Below, piece after piece: positions 28,304 to 37,026 of a stretch of 64,000 nucleotides of DNA. The stretch is from Nitrospirota bacterium (GTDB lineage Bacteria; Nitrospirota; UBA9217): assembly GCA_043731355.1 (NCBI GenBank), contig JAYTJE010000079.1:9483-73482 (forward strand), written 5' to 3'. Within the stretch, counting starts at the first letter, position 1. Each line of letters begins with the position of its first letter. A model generated the notes under the pieces. It was given only the letters and a program-made list of their open reading frames with translations. It ran no database searches and was not told the DNA's origin. The position numbers were made by a program, and so were the translations under genes.

Positions 28304-30760
28304 TTAGCGACCACAACAGCGTTTATATTTACGACTGCTACCACATGGGCATGTCTCGTTTCTACCGACTTCCTTTTGCGAAGTCTCCTTTAAATGGGTT
28401 GTGATGAAATGCTTTCTCTGTCTTTCCGATTCTTTTTCAATTTCCATTCTATGCGCTTCAGGCACATCGTTTAAGGTCAAATATTCGTGATCAACATCAA
28501 AGAGGCTGTGGTTCTCATCGAAGTACAGATTTAACAGCATTCGCTCGTTATCTCTTGATCTCAACAGAGTAGCCAACACATAATCACGTTTCCAAGCTTC
28601 ATCGTGCGAAGCAATCCCACGTTGCTCACAATAAATGCTTATCGGCAGGCTACCAAACAAGCTAAACGGAATGATGTGACCTTTCTTTTCCTGCCTTGAC
28701 AGAACGTCCTTAATGGAGGCATCGAATTTATTTCGCATGTCGCCAGCCATATCGAGTAAATCACGGGCTATTTTGCAGCGTCCAGGCTTCCCCTTCGCTC
28801 CTAATATTTTGATGATCTCGGACAACTTTGAAGGCAGCGTTTGAGCCGGTTTTTTCGCCTTACCGTCAGCTAGCATTTTGTCATGATAATATTGATCCAA
28901 GTCATCACGATAGCCAACCCAGCGAGGCGCTTCAGACTCATAATAGTCCTCAGCGTAACTGACGTATCTATTATGCTTCAGGTATAAACATAAGTGATCT
29001 AATTCGTCAGTCGCTTTTAAAGCGGGCGATTGAAATGCTCGTTGTCGTTCTTCCAGAAAATGAGTAAAAGCTAAAGGCGAATCAAAGATATCTGCGTAAA
29101 CTCGCAAATCATCCAGTGATACAGGCCAAATTGGAAATCCATATAAATCTGTTCCGATTGGCCGCAGGCTTTCTGCTTGAGCCGCGAGTGTTGTAAACTG
29201 ATCAAGCGTAACACAGCATGCTGTTATATGACGAAACTGTGATTGCCTCAGCTTCGCTATTGGTGTGTGATCCTCATCGTAAACGACAACCTCGTCCTTA
29301 CTTTTCAAGTATTCTGTGAAACGCTTTGCCTGAGTCGCAGGTTTCAATACCAAGTCTTTAATTGAAGACATATAAGCAGGAAAATCGGTTGCTGGCGGCG
29401 AATGTGTAAAAGCGCCGGCCTTGATTTCGACAATCAGCAAGTGATCATCGAATATAATTAATCCGTCGGTCTCACACCAGTTCATCTCACCGTTTTTGCC
29501 AGTGGCCCACTGATGATAGACAGAACGATAAGTTGTGGCGTTCGGCAGCAGTTTTGTAAGAAGTTTAAGAGGTAATTCCTCAGATATTTGTTTCTGTCGA
29601 ATATTCCATTTCTCTTTATACTCAGGCTGTAATCGGATAATTGCGCGTTGCAGAACACGATATATATTATCCATCAAATTCAACAGATCAAAACAGTAGT
29701 ATCGCCCATTAATACGTAGAAACGGACGTACTTGAACGGGCAGAAGCCGAAGCGGCCAACCTGCATATTCACCGGGGCCAAAGAATTTATCATCCTGCCC
29801 TGGTGCCCAGGATAGCTCATTAAGCAGACTGTCAGGAAAGCCGGTTATTTTTTGCACATCATGAAGATCAAATTCGCGCAAACGACCCATAATGGAATCT
29901 AGCCACTCTTGCCAATTATTCTCCCTAACCACCTCACTCATCAGCTCAGGCAAACTCTTTTCCGGATCAGCACCACTATGCAGCTTCTCACGAACTGCAT
30001 TTGTCGATACCTCTTGGAATTGATGAAACTCTTCAGTAACCTTCGGAAGCCCCTCCGAAAGGGTTTTCTGGATCAGCTCCATCCCCATGATAAACTCATC
30101 GCTTGTAATGCCGAACAGATCCTTAAGAACGTCACTGTGCACTGTAAGCAGATCACGCAAATGCGGAATGTGATAGTACGTATATCTATCGCCGCGTACA
30201 TTCGCCCACAACACTTGAGCTTTCACGTAATAGGAATCATACTCAGCATCATATTCTTTTTGCGTCGTCCTCAAATGAGCCGTATGGTAAATATGAAAAG
30301 TCAGTTGCTCTGAGTATAACTTTTTGATCTCCATGAACAGTTCATCCCATGTCTTCTGATCGAAGTCTCCTTTCCGTGATGCATCAGGCGGCGTTGACAC
30401 AACTACACTTTGAATATAATCGATCATTCTCATCGCCATTGAGGTGTCCTGATCAGCTTTGAATGTTGACTTGTTTTCACGAAAAGACTGGAAGAGATTG
30501 AAGAAGCCGCACTGAAGAAGTCGGAGGGGATCAAAAGTCTTAACTAATTCGCGTATCCTGCTTATGCGATTGTCAAAATCAGCGCAGACCTCAGGAAACC
30601 GTTGTGCAGCACGTTCTATGAACTTCTTGTGCTCTTCGTCTGTTGCAAAATTCTTCATCACAGCAAACTTGCCAAATCGCGCTATGCCTATCGGGCCAAA
30701 ACGGTAAACTTCGTCCGGCTTCGTATGTTTCTTCGCCTTTTTGTTCTTCTTCTTTGCCAT
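28304..30760 (-). CDS. Large uncharacterised protein (818 aa) with a central PD-(D/E)xK-like motif and a C-terminal SEC-C metal-binding motif; candidate defence protein
   Basis: Central 'ETDGLIIFDDHLLIVEIKAG' and C-terminal 'CPCGSSRKYKRCCG'. Lys-rich N-terminus. About 40% GC. It sits 6 nt from the RM gene and 21 nt from the Mrr gene. Confidence 0.6.
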   Translation of the reverse strand: MAKKKNKKAKKHTKPDEVYRFGPIGIARFGKFAVMKNFATDEEHKKFIERAAQRFPEVCADFDNRISRIRELVKTFDPLRLLQCGFFNLFQSFRENKSTFKADQDTSMAMRMIDYIQSVVVSTPPDASRKGDFDQKTWDELFMEIKKLYSEQLTFHIYHTAHLRTTQKEYDAEYDSYYVKAQVLWANVRGDRYTYYHIPHLRDLLTVHSDVLKDLFGITSDEFIMGMELIQKTLSEGLPKVTEEFHQFQEVSTNAVREKLHSGADPEKSLPELMSEVVRENNWQEWLDSIMGRLREFDLHDVQKITGFPDSLLNELSWAPGQDDKFFGPGEYAGWPLRLLPVQVRPFLRINGRYYCFDLLNLMDNIYRVLQRAIIRLQPEYKEKWNIRQKQISEELPLKLLTKLLPNATTYRSVYHQWATGKNGEMNWCETDGLIIFDDHLLIVEIKAGAFTHSPPATDFPAYMSSIKDLVLKPATQAKRFTEYLKSKDEVVVYDEDHTPIAKLRQSQFRHITACCVTLDQFTTLAAQAESLRPIGTDLYGFPIWPVSLDDLRVYADIFDSPLAFTHFLEERQRAFQSPALKATDELDHLCLYLKHNRYVSYAEDYYESEAPRWVGYRDDLDQYYHDKMLADGKAKKPAQTLPSKLSEIIKILGAKGKPGRCKIARDLLDMAGDMRNKFDASIKDVLSRQEKKGHIIPFSLFGSLPISIYCEQRGIASHDEAWKRDYVLATLLRSRDNERMLLNLYFDENHSLFDVDHEYLTLNDVPEAHRMEIEKESERQRKHFITTHLKETSQKEVGRNETCPCGSSRKYKRCCGR

Positions 30761-30766
30761 GGCCGG

Positions 30767-33700
30767 TCATGTGCTCTTTATTATCTTCTGCTCCTGATCA
30801 GTCACGCCATACAACTCATACACCAATTGGTCAATCTGCACATCGACGGCATCGATCTGACGCAGAATAGCGGTTTTTTCGTGATCGGTCTTGGTGGCAG
30901 GTAGTTGCTTGTTGAGCGAAAGCATTTGGTCAACGAGGGAAACGATTTTGTCATGACGGATTTTATCGTGAGCCTCGTTGAAGTTTATCGGACGAAACGG
31001 CAACCGCTCTATTGCCTGTTTGTTCACCGCAAAATAGCCGCCACGAAAAGCATTGGTCATTTGACGGATAAAGTTATCCAACAACTTTGAATTCAGCAAG
31101 CCGAGAATATACTTTAGGTCGTGATCTTCTGCATTCTCGAAGCGAAGACCATAGCCACCTGTCGTTATATTCACAAAAAATAGATCATTATCCTCATCAA
31201 GATCGGCCCGAAGACGTGTAGTCATGTAAGGTAAAAGTAATTTTCTGCCAATAAACGTCGCTATGTTTTGACCGCGAGCATAAGCATACCAATCCGGCCG
31301 AGAACTCCAAGTGCCGCGATCACGATCACCGAGAACCTGCTTTATTGATTTGAAATATGCCCATGTGAGAGGATAATCATTCTGTAGTACGTCGGAAGCG
31401 ATAAGCTTGGCTTGGCCGTTTGAATCAACAGAGTAAGGATAAATAATATACAGCTGTGCTGATCTATCTGTGACATAACGCTTAACATGCTCACCCTTGA
31501 CAACCGGTCGCAATATTGCCTGCTCAATTTCTATTGTCTCATTAAGGCCATTTGTTACTTTGCAAATATTGCCCTTCTTTGACTGACGCGTCACCATGTA
31601 TAATTTATCAGCGCTCGTTTTTAGGCCCTGAAAACAGTGTGGCCCAATACTATTCAGTAACGGTAATTCGGACTGCAATCTTGTAAGTAGATTGCCGCCT
31701 GCTCCCACAGCAATTGTCCAGCGTTGCCCACCGTGAGCAAGCTCAATTGGATCAAAATCGAAACTACCGTCATCCAGCATCTGCGATAGCCCTCTGGTTC
31801 CTTCGCTTTTGTATATCGCCCCTAAGTGAGCATAGCGGCAAATCGGGCTATCCTTGCGCTTCTGCAGCAAGAGTAAATTGGTATAAGTACCTGCCCCCTT
31901 AAATATTTGAGCATCTTCAAAATCTACGATATGATCAATGAGATTATTATCTGTAAGCAAGCCGCGCAGACCTTCTCCATAATCTGTCGTAAAGAACTTA
32001 TTGGGAAGAATATATCCGAGCCTTCCCTTATCTTTTAAAAGAGAAACTCCTCTTTCAACAAACAAAACATAAATATCATACGTAGCAGTCGCGGTACGAT
32101 AGTCTTGCGAATAATATTTTCGCATTTCTTCGCCTAATGATTGACTGCGGATATACGGCGGATTCCCTATCACTGCATCGAATCCGCCAGCCTTCGTGAT
32201 CTCGGAAAACTCTTTATCCCAATCAAAGACATTGACTCGATAACGTTCTTCATCATCCAGCATGGTCTGCTGCCGGTAAAAGTCAGGACCAACGAGCGAA
32301 TTGCCGCACTTGATGTTATCGCCAAGGTCGGGCAGCGCCCGTTCGTGGAACATGCGGAGCTGATTCGCAAGGGTCTGGTTGCTCTCGCCTTCGAGCACCT
32401 TCAGGAGCAACGACAGCTTTGTCACTTCCACAGCCTGGGAGTCGATGTCAACGCCGTAGATGTTATTCAGGAGGATACGTTTTTTCTCGGCTGTCGTTAG
32501 ATGCCAATTCGGAGTATTAGGATCAGGCGACGGGCCTTGATAAATTGAGGGCTGTTTGACCTTGGCCCACTTTTCAGGTTCGTTTTCGATATACCATTTT
32601 AAATGCCAGTCGAGAAGATATTGATAGGCGCCGAGAAGGAATGAGCCGGACCCGCAGGCAGGATCGAGGATGCGGAGTTTTGACGCTTCTTTTGGTGTAA
32701 TGCTGTTTCCCCCTTTGACAAAGGGGGATTGAGGGGGATTTACATCTGAGGCTTTAAATCCCCCCTTGCCCCCCTTTTCTAAAGGGGGGTTGAGTAAATT
32801 CCCCACGGTATTCTTGACGATGTAATCAACAATGTACTTCGGCGTGTAATAGACGCCGCCTGCTTTTCTGACCTCGGGCTTCTCCTCCACCTTCGCCTGA
32901 TGTCCTGCCGTGAGGCGAATGACCTTACCGAGGAACTGCTCATACACCTGGCCGAGAATATCAGCAGAGAGGACGGAGAATTCATACGGACTTTCGGGAT
33001 AGTAGAGCCGATTGATGATGTCTTTAAGCGGCTTATCGTCAATGGAGATGTTCGGGGTAAGCTTATCCGGCTCCTCGTGACGTTCCTTTTCCCGCTGGAA
33101 ATGGAACAGACCGGAGTTGTACCGGTCGTCAGCCTGGCTGAAGAGCTGCACAAGCCTTTTATATACGTTCGTGCCATTCAACTGCATCTGGAGCCTGCCG
33201 TATTCCTCAATACCCCGGTCTTCACAGATTCTCAGGAATACGATGCGGTCAATAGTGCGCTGCACCGCGAAATTCAGCTCGCGTGGGGATAGGCCCGTGT
33301 TTCGGATCGCGATGTTCCGCGCAAGGAGGTCGCGCCAGCCTTCGATCTCAGTCAAAAAAGCGTCGTCAACCGTTGCCGTTCCCTTCTTGAGCTTCGAAGA
33401 CTCGGCATACCTATCAAAGGAGCCCTTTTGTACGGACGTTGGTGAAAATATGGAAACGAGTTCGTCCCATTTAGCAGGATAATCTTTATACGTGAAGTAG
33501 AGTATGCGACCGGTGGAGGCCTTGTCGGTCTGGACGGGTTTTATGCGGCAATCGTAGACAGCGAATTCTTCAAAGTCGGTGAGGATGCTGAGCGGCAGTT
33601 TTGCGGACCAGGCATAGCGCCTGAGTTGAAAGGCTGGACTGACATCGTCCTTGAGATTGACTGAGGGCTTTTTCGCTTCAACAAAGAACTTCTTTACGCC

Positions 33701-33952
33701 GCCGATGCGAAAGCAGTAATCCGGGGCCTTGGTTGCGCCTCCGATCTTGATCGCGTCTTCGTGGATCACATCCCGGTATGCTTCGGCATAGCCCGCTTTG
33801 TTGGCCATGTCCCAACCAAGAGCGCCAAGAAACGGGTTGAGAAAATCTTGGCGAAGCTGCGCTTCGTTGTACTGACCGCCCTTGTAATTATCAAGGTTCC
33901 GGTCAAAGCGTTCGATCAGCTCGGCGATTTCATTCGGCAGCCCCATCAGCAC
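30767..33952 (-). CDS. Type IIG (MmeI-like) restriction-modification fusion enzyme: N-terminal PD-(D/E)xK nuclease plus N6-adenine methyltransferase plus target-recognition domain
   Basis: Nuclease 'PDYCFRIGG...FVEAKKP'. Methyltransferase motif I 'DPACGSGSFL' and motif IV 'NPPY'. 1061 aa, AT-rich. Confidence 0.8.
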   Translation of the reverse strand: MLMGLPNEIAELIERFDRNLDNYKGGQYNEAQLRQDFLNPFLGALGWDMANKAGYAEAYRDVIHEDAIKIGGATKAPDYCFRIGGVKKFFVEAKKPSVNLKDDVSPAFQLRRYAWSAKLPLSILTDFEEFAVYDCRIKPVQTDKASTGRILYFTYKDYPAKWDELVSIFSPTSVQKGSFDRYAESSKLKKGTATVDDAFLTEIEGWRDLLARNIAIRNTGLSPRELNFAVQRTIDRIVFLRICEDRGIEEYGRLQMQLNGTNVYKRLVQLFSQADDRYNSGLFHFQREKERHEEPDKLTPNISIDDKPLKDIINRLYYPESPYEFSVLSADILGQVYEQFLGKVIRLTAGHQAKVEEKPEVRKAGGVYYTPKYIVDYIVKNTVGNLLNPPLEKGGKGGFKASDVNPPQSPFVKGGNSITPKEASKLRILDPACGSGSFLLGAYQYLLDWHLKWYIENEPEKWAKVKQPSIYQGPSPDPNTPNWHLTTAEKKRILLNNIYGVDIDSQAVEVTKLSLLLKVLEGESNQTLANQLRMFHERALPDLGDNIKCGNSLVGPDFYRQQTMLDDEERYRVNVFDWDKEFSEITKAGGFDAVIGNPPYIRSQSLGEEMRKYYSQDYRTATATYDIYVLFVERGVSLLKDKGRLGYILPNKFFTTDYGEGLRGLLTDNNLIDHIVDFEDAQIFKGAGTYTNLLLLQKRKDSPICRYAHLGAIYKSEGTRGLSQMLDDGSFDFDPIELAHGGQRWTIAVGAGGNLLTRLQSELPLLNSIGPHCFQGLKTSADKLYMVTRQSKKGNICKVTNGLNETIEIEQAILRPVVKGEHVKRYVTDRSAQLYIIYPYSVDSNGQAKLIASDVLQNDYPLTWAYFKSIKQVLGDRDRGTWSSRPDWYAYARGQNIATFIGRKLLLPYMTTRLRADLDEDNDLFFVNITTGGYGLRFENAEDHDLKYILGLLNSKLLDNFIRQMTNAFRGGYFAVNKQAIERLPFRPINFNEAHDKIRHDKIVSLVDQMLSLNKQLPATKTDHEKTAILRQIDAVDVQIDQLVYELYGVTDQEQKIIKST
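32705..32800. repeat. Cluster of three G/C-rich hairpins (C5-6 ... G5-6 inverted repeats) inserted in-frame in the RM gene
   Basis: CCCCCTTTGACAAAGGGGG, GGGGGATTTA..TAAATCCCCCC and CCCCCCTTTTCTAAAGGGGGG. The insert encodes a KGG-rich peptide between methyltransferase motifs. Confidence 0.6.
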
Positions 33953-34096
33953 TCCACAGTCCTTGGACAGTATTTTTTATTCTCGAAAACACTACTACAA
34001 GTGGCTGGAATTGTCCAGAAAAGAGATGGGTGCTGCCTTGCGGCAGCTCAGAACGACATGTTACCTGGATAAGCCTATGCTCGACTAAAGGGGCAC

Positions 34097-34480
34097 CTAC
34101 CCCTTGCAGGCAATAAAATCTATCTCAATGGCGACATCCCTGGGAAGGCGCGAAACTTCGACCGTGGCGCGCGCCGGAGGATCGACCGGAAAATAACTTC
34201 CATACACCTCGTTCACCGCGGCAAAATCAGACATGTTCTTCAGGTATATCGTCGCCTTCACCATGTCGGACATGGCGCAGCCTGCCGCGGTAATGATGCC
34301 CTTGGCGTTCTCCATGACCAGTTTTGTCTGGGTTTTTATGTCTCCCTGGGCCACCATGCCTGTCTTCGCATCGATCGGTATCTGGCCCGACACAAAGACC
34401 ATGCCGCCGGCCTTCACTGCCTGTGAATAAGAACCGATCGCCTTGGGAGCGCCACCTGTTATAATGATTTCTCGTGCCAA
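34097..34480 (-). CDS. ridA: RidA/YjgF family enamine/imine deaminase
   Basis: 'ITGGAPKAIGSYSQAV...VFVSGQIP'. The start is TTG at 34480, 6 nt after a GGAGG; 34492 and 34495 are alternatives. Confidence 0.85.
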   Translation of the reverse strand: MAREIIITGGAPKAIGSYSQAVKAGGMVFVSGQIPIDAKTGMVAQGDIKTQTKLVMENAKGIITAAGCAMSDMVKATIYLKNMSDFAAVNEVYGSYFPVDPPARATVEVSRLPRDVAIEIDFIACKG

Positions 34481-34609
34481 ATTAGCCTCCATCAATTGTT
34501 TAACATATATCTATAAATCATTGATAAATGACGATTATTATAATATTAAGTAAACTATTACCATAAAAAGCATCTGACACGGAAGGGTCGGATTAACGTC
34601 TGATAAAAG

Positions 34610-34703
34610 CGGATAAATTCCAAAGCAAGACATTCACCTTTTGGGTGGATATTTGGTAAAAGAAATTTCCGCCGTTATCCGTGACTTATCCGATTTTATC
34701 CGT
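34610..34703. promoter_or_regulatory. Array of CGGATAA/TTATCCG heptamers in the rel-ridA intergenic region: three direct copies at 11-bp spacing plus one inverted copy
   Basis: TTATCCG at 34675, 34686 and 34697; CGGATAA at 34610. Confidence 0.4.
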
Positions 34704-34786
34704 GTCCAAATGCCTTTTTCAGGACTATGGGTCATGATTCAGAAAGTTCTGCCCCACTTAAGCATTGCCCTCTGCGAGGTCTGGTC

Positions 34787-36943
34787 CTATCCTGATTTTA
34801 CTCGTTTTACATCTATCACGCCTTTGATGCCTTCGATATTCTTAATGACCTTGTTCAGGTGTTCCACATCCTTGATGGCCAGCGTAAAATTAAGCGTCGC
34901 CCCTTTGTCCTCGTCCGTTATCGCTTCAGCGTGAGTGATATTCGCTTCCAGCGCGCTGATCGACGAAGAAACGCTTGCCAGAAGGCCGGGTTTGTCAATG
35001 GTGCGGACCGTTATCTTTACCGTGTGCGCGGTGGTATGGAAATCGCCCCAGGTAACTTCGACCAAGCGGTCCTTATCGAAGGTCAGCTCCCCCACGTTCG
35101 TACAATCAGTGGTATGCACGGAGACCCCCCTGCCCCGGGTGATGAACCCGACCACCTTGTCGCCCGGAACGGGGTTGCAGCATTTTGACAGGTGGATCAT
35201 CATATTATCCAGGCCGCTGATCCGCATGCCCCCGCTCCCGTCGTCAGCGGGTTTTTCGTGTTTGGGCGGAGGTTTTTTAACCAACGGTTCTTCAAACTGC
35301 TTGTCCGGCGCAAGCCTGTTCGCTACCATCAGGGGAGAAACCTTGCCATAGCCGATGGCCGCAAGCAGGTCGTCGATCGTGTTATGCGACAGCTCGACTG
35401 CCGCCTGGGATAGTTCCTCCGATTTGAGCGCCTTGGCGGGGTTCAACTCGCGCTTGCGAAGCTCCTTTTCGAGCAGCTCCTTGCCAAGCAAAATGCTTCT
35501 CCTGCGTTCTTCGATCTTGAGCCAGGCTTTGATCCTGGTGCGCGCTTTTGAGGTTTTGACGAATTTGAGCCAGTCCCGGCTCGGCGTATGGCCCGCCTGG
35601 GTGGCGACCTCTACCTTGTCCCCATTGCGGAGCTGGTGCTTGAGCGGGACGATCTTGCCGTTTACCTTGCCGCCCACGCAGGCGTGGCCGATGTCCGTAT
35701 GAATGCTATACGCGAAATCGACCGGCGTAGAACCCTGTGGCAGCTCCCTCACATCGCCCCGCGGGGTAAAGACGTAGACCACTTCAGGAAAAAGGTCGCC
35801 TTTGACCGTGTCCATGAACTCTTTCGCGTCAGGAAGGTCCCGCTGCCACTCCATCAGCTGCCGGAGCCAGGCAAACTGCTGTTCCTCACGCTGGCTTACC
35901 GGGGCTTTTTCCTTATACCGCCAGTGTGCGGCAATGCCCTCTTCAGCAAGGCGGTTCATCTCCTCGGTCCGGATCTGGAACTCCACCCGCTCTCCCTTGG
36001 GGCCGATGACCGTGGTATGGAGCGACTGGTAGAGGTTCGACTTGGGTACGCCGATGAAATCCTTGAACCGGCCGGGGACCGGCGTCCAGAGCGAATGGAT
36101 GAGGCCAAGGATGGCGTAGCAATTGGCCTTGGTATCGGTGATGATCCGGATCGCGATCAGGTCATAGACGTCGTCAAAAGCGATCCCCTGTTTCTGCATC
36201 TTCTGATAGATGCTGTAGAAATGCTTGGGCCGGCCTTTCACCTCGCCAGGGTACCCCTGCTCGGCAAGCTGGTCCCGCATGGTCGCCATAAGCTCGTTCA
36301 CATAGGATTCGCGCTCGATCCGGCGCTGCGAGACCTTTTGCAGGACCTCCTGATAGGCTTCGGGGTTGAGATACCTGAACGAAAGGTCTTCGAGCTCGAT
36401 CTTGATCTTGGAGATTCCGAGGCGGTTGGCGAGGGGCGCGTAAATATCGAGCGTTTCCTGAGCAATGCGCCGCTGTTTTTCGGGAGAGAGCGAACTCAGC
36501 GTACGCATGTTGTGGAGCCGGTCGGCCAGCTTGATCAGAATGACCCTGATGTCCTTGGCCATGGCCACGACCATCTTGCGAAAATTATCCGCTTCACGCT
36601 GCTCCCGGCTCTGGAGCTCCATGCGACTCAGCTTGGTCATGCCGTCGACCAGCATGCCGATTTCTTCGCCAAAAACCCCCTTGATCTCCTCCAGGGAGGA
36701 GGTCGTATCCTCGATCGTGTCGTGGAGCAGGCCGGTGGCAACGGTGGCGACGTCGAGTTTGAGGCTGGTGAGAATGGCCGCGACTTCGATGGGATGGATC
36801 AGGTAGGATTCCCCGGAGAGGCGCATCTGCCCTTGATGGGCCTTGGCTGAGAAGATGTAGGCGCGCCTCAGCACGTCCACATCCGCATCGGGATGATAGC
36901 TCTGCATGCGATCTACGATGTCTTCGAGACGAACAACGGACAT
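34787..36943 (-). CDS. rel: Bifunctional (p)ppGpp synthetase/hydrolase (RelA/SpoT homologue)
   Basis: HD domain 'HPIEVAAIL...HDTIEDT', synthetase domain, and TGS and ACT regions. 718 aa. Confidence 0.9.
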   Translation of the reverse strand: MSVVRLEDIVDRMQSYHPDADVDVLRRAYIFSAKAHQGQMRLSGESYLIHPIEVAAILTSLKLDVATVATGLLHDTIEDTTSSLEEIKGVFGEEIGMLVDGMTKLSRMELQSREQREADNFRKMVVAMAKDIRVILIKLADRLHNMRTLSSLSPEKQRRIAQETLDIYAPLANRLGISKIKIELEDLSFRYLNPEAYQEVLQKVSQRRIERESYVNELMATMRDQLAEQGYPGEVKGRPKHFYSIYQKMQKQGIAFDDVYDLIAIRIITDTKANCYAILGLIHSLWTPVPGRFKDFIGVPKSNLYQSLHTTVIGPKGERVEFQIRTEEMNRLAEEGIAAHWRYKEKAPVSQREEQQFAWLRQLMEWQRDLPDAKEFMDTVKGDLFPEVVYVFTPRGDVRELPQGSTPVDFAYSIHTDIGHACVGGKVNGKIVPLKHQLRNGDKVEVATQAGHTPSRDWLKFVKTSKARTRIKAWLKIEERRRSILLGKELLEKELRKRELNPAKALKSEELSQAAVELSHNTIDDLLAAIGYGKVSPLMVANRLAPDKQFEEPLVKKPPPKHEKPADDGSGGMRISGLDNMMIHLSKCCNPVPGDKVVGFITRGRGVSVHTTDCTNVGELTFDKDRLVEVTWGDFHTTAHTVKITVRTIDKPGLLASVSSSISALEANITHAEAITDEDKGATLNFTLAIKDVEHLNKVIKNIEGIKGVIDVKRVKSG

Positions 36944-37026
36944 AGGCTTCCTGAAATTCCTCAGTTAGGAAGGTAAGACGGAAGGAAGGTAAGAAACAGC
37001 GGGTGTATCTGCCTTCTTTCTTAACA

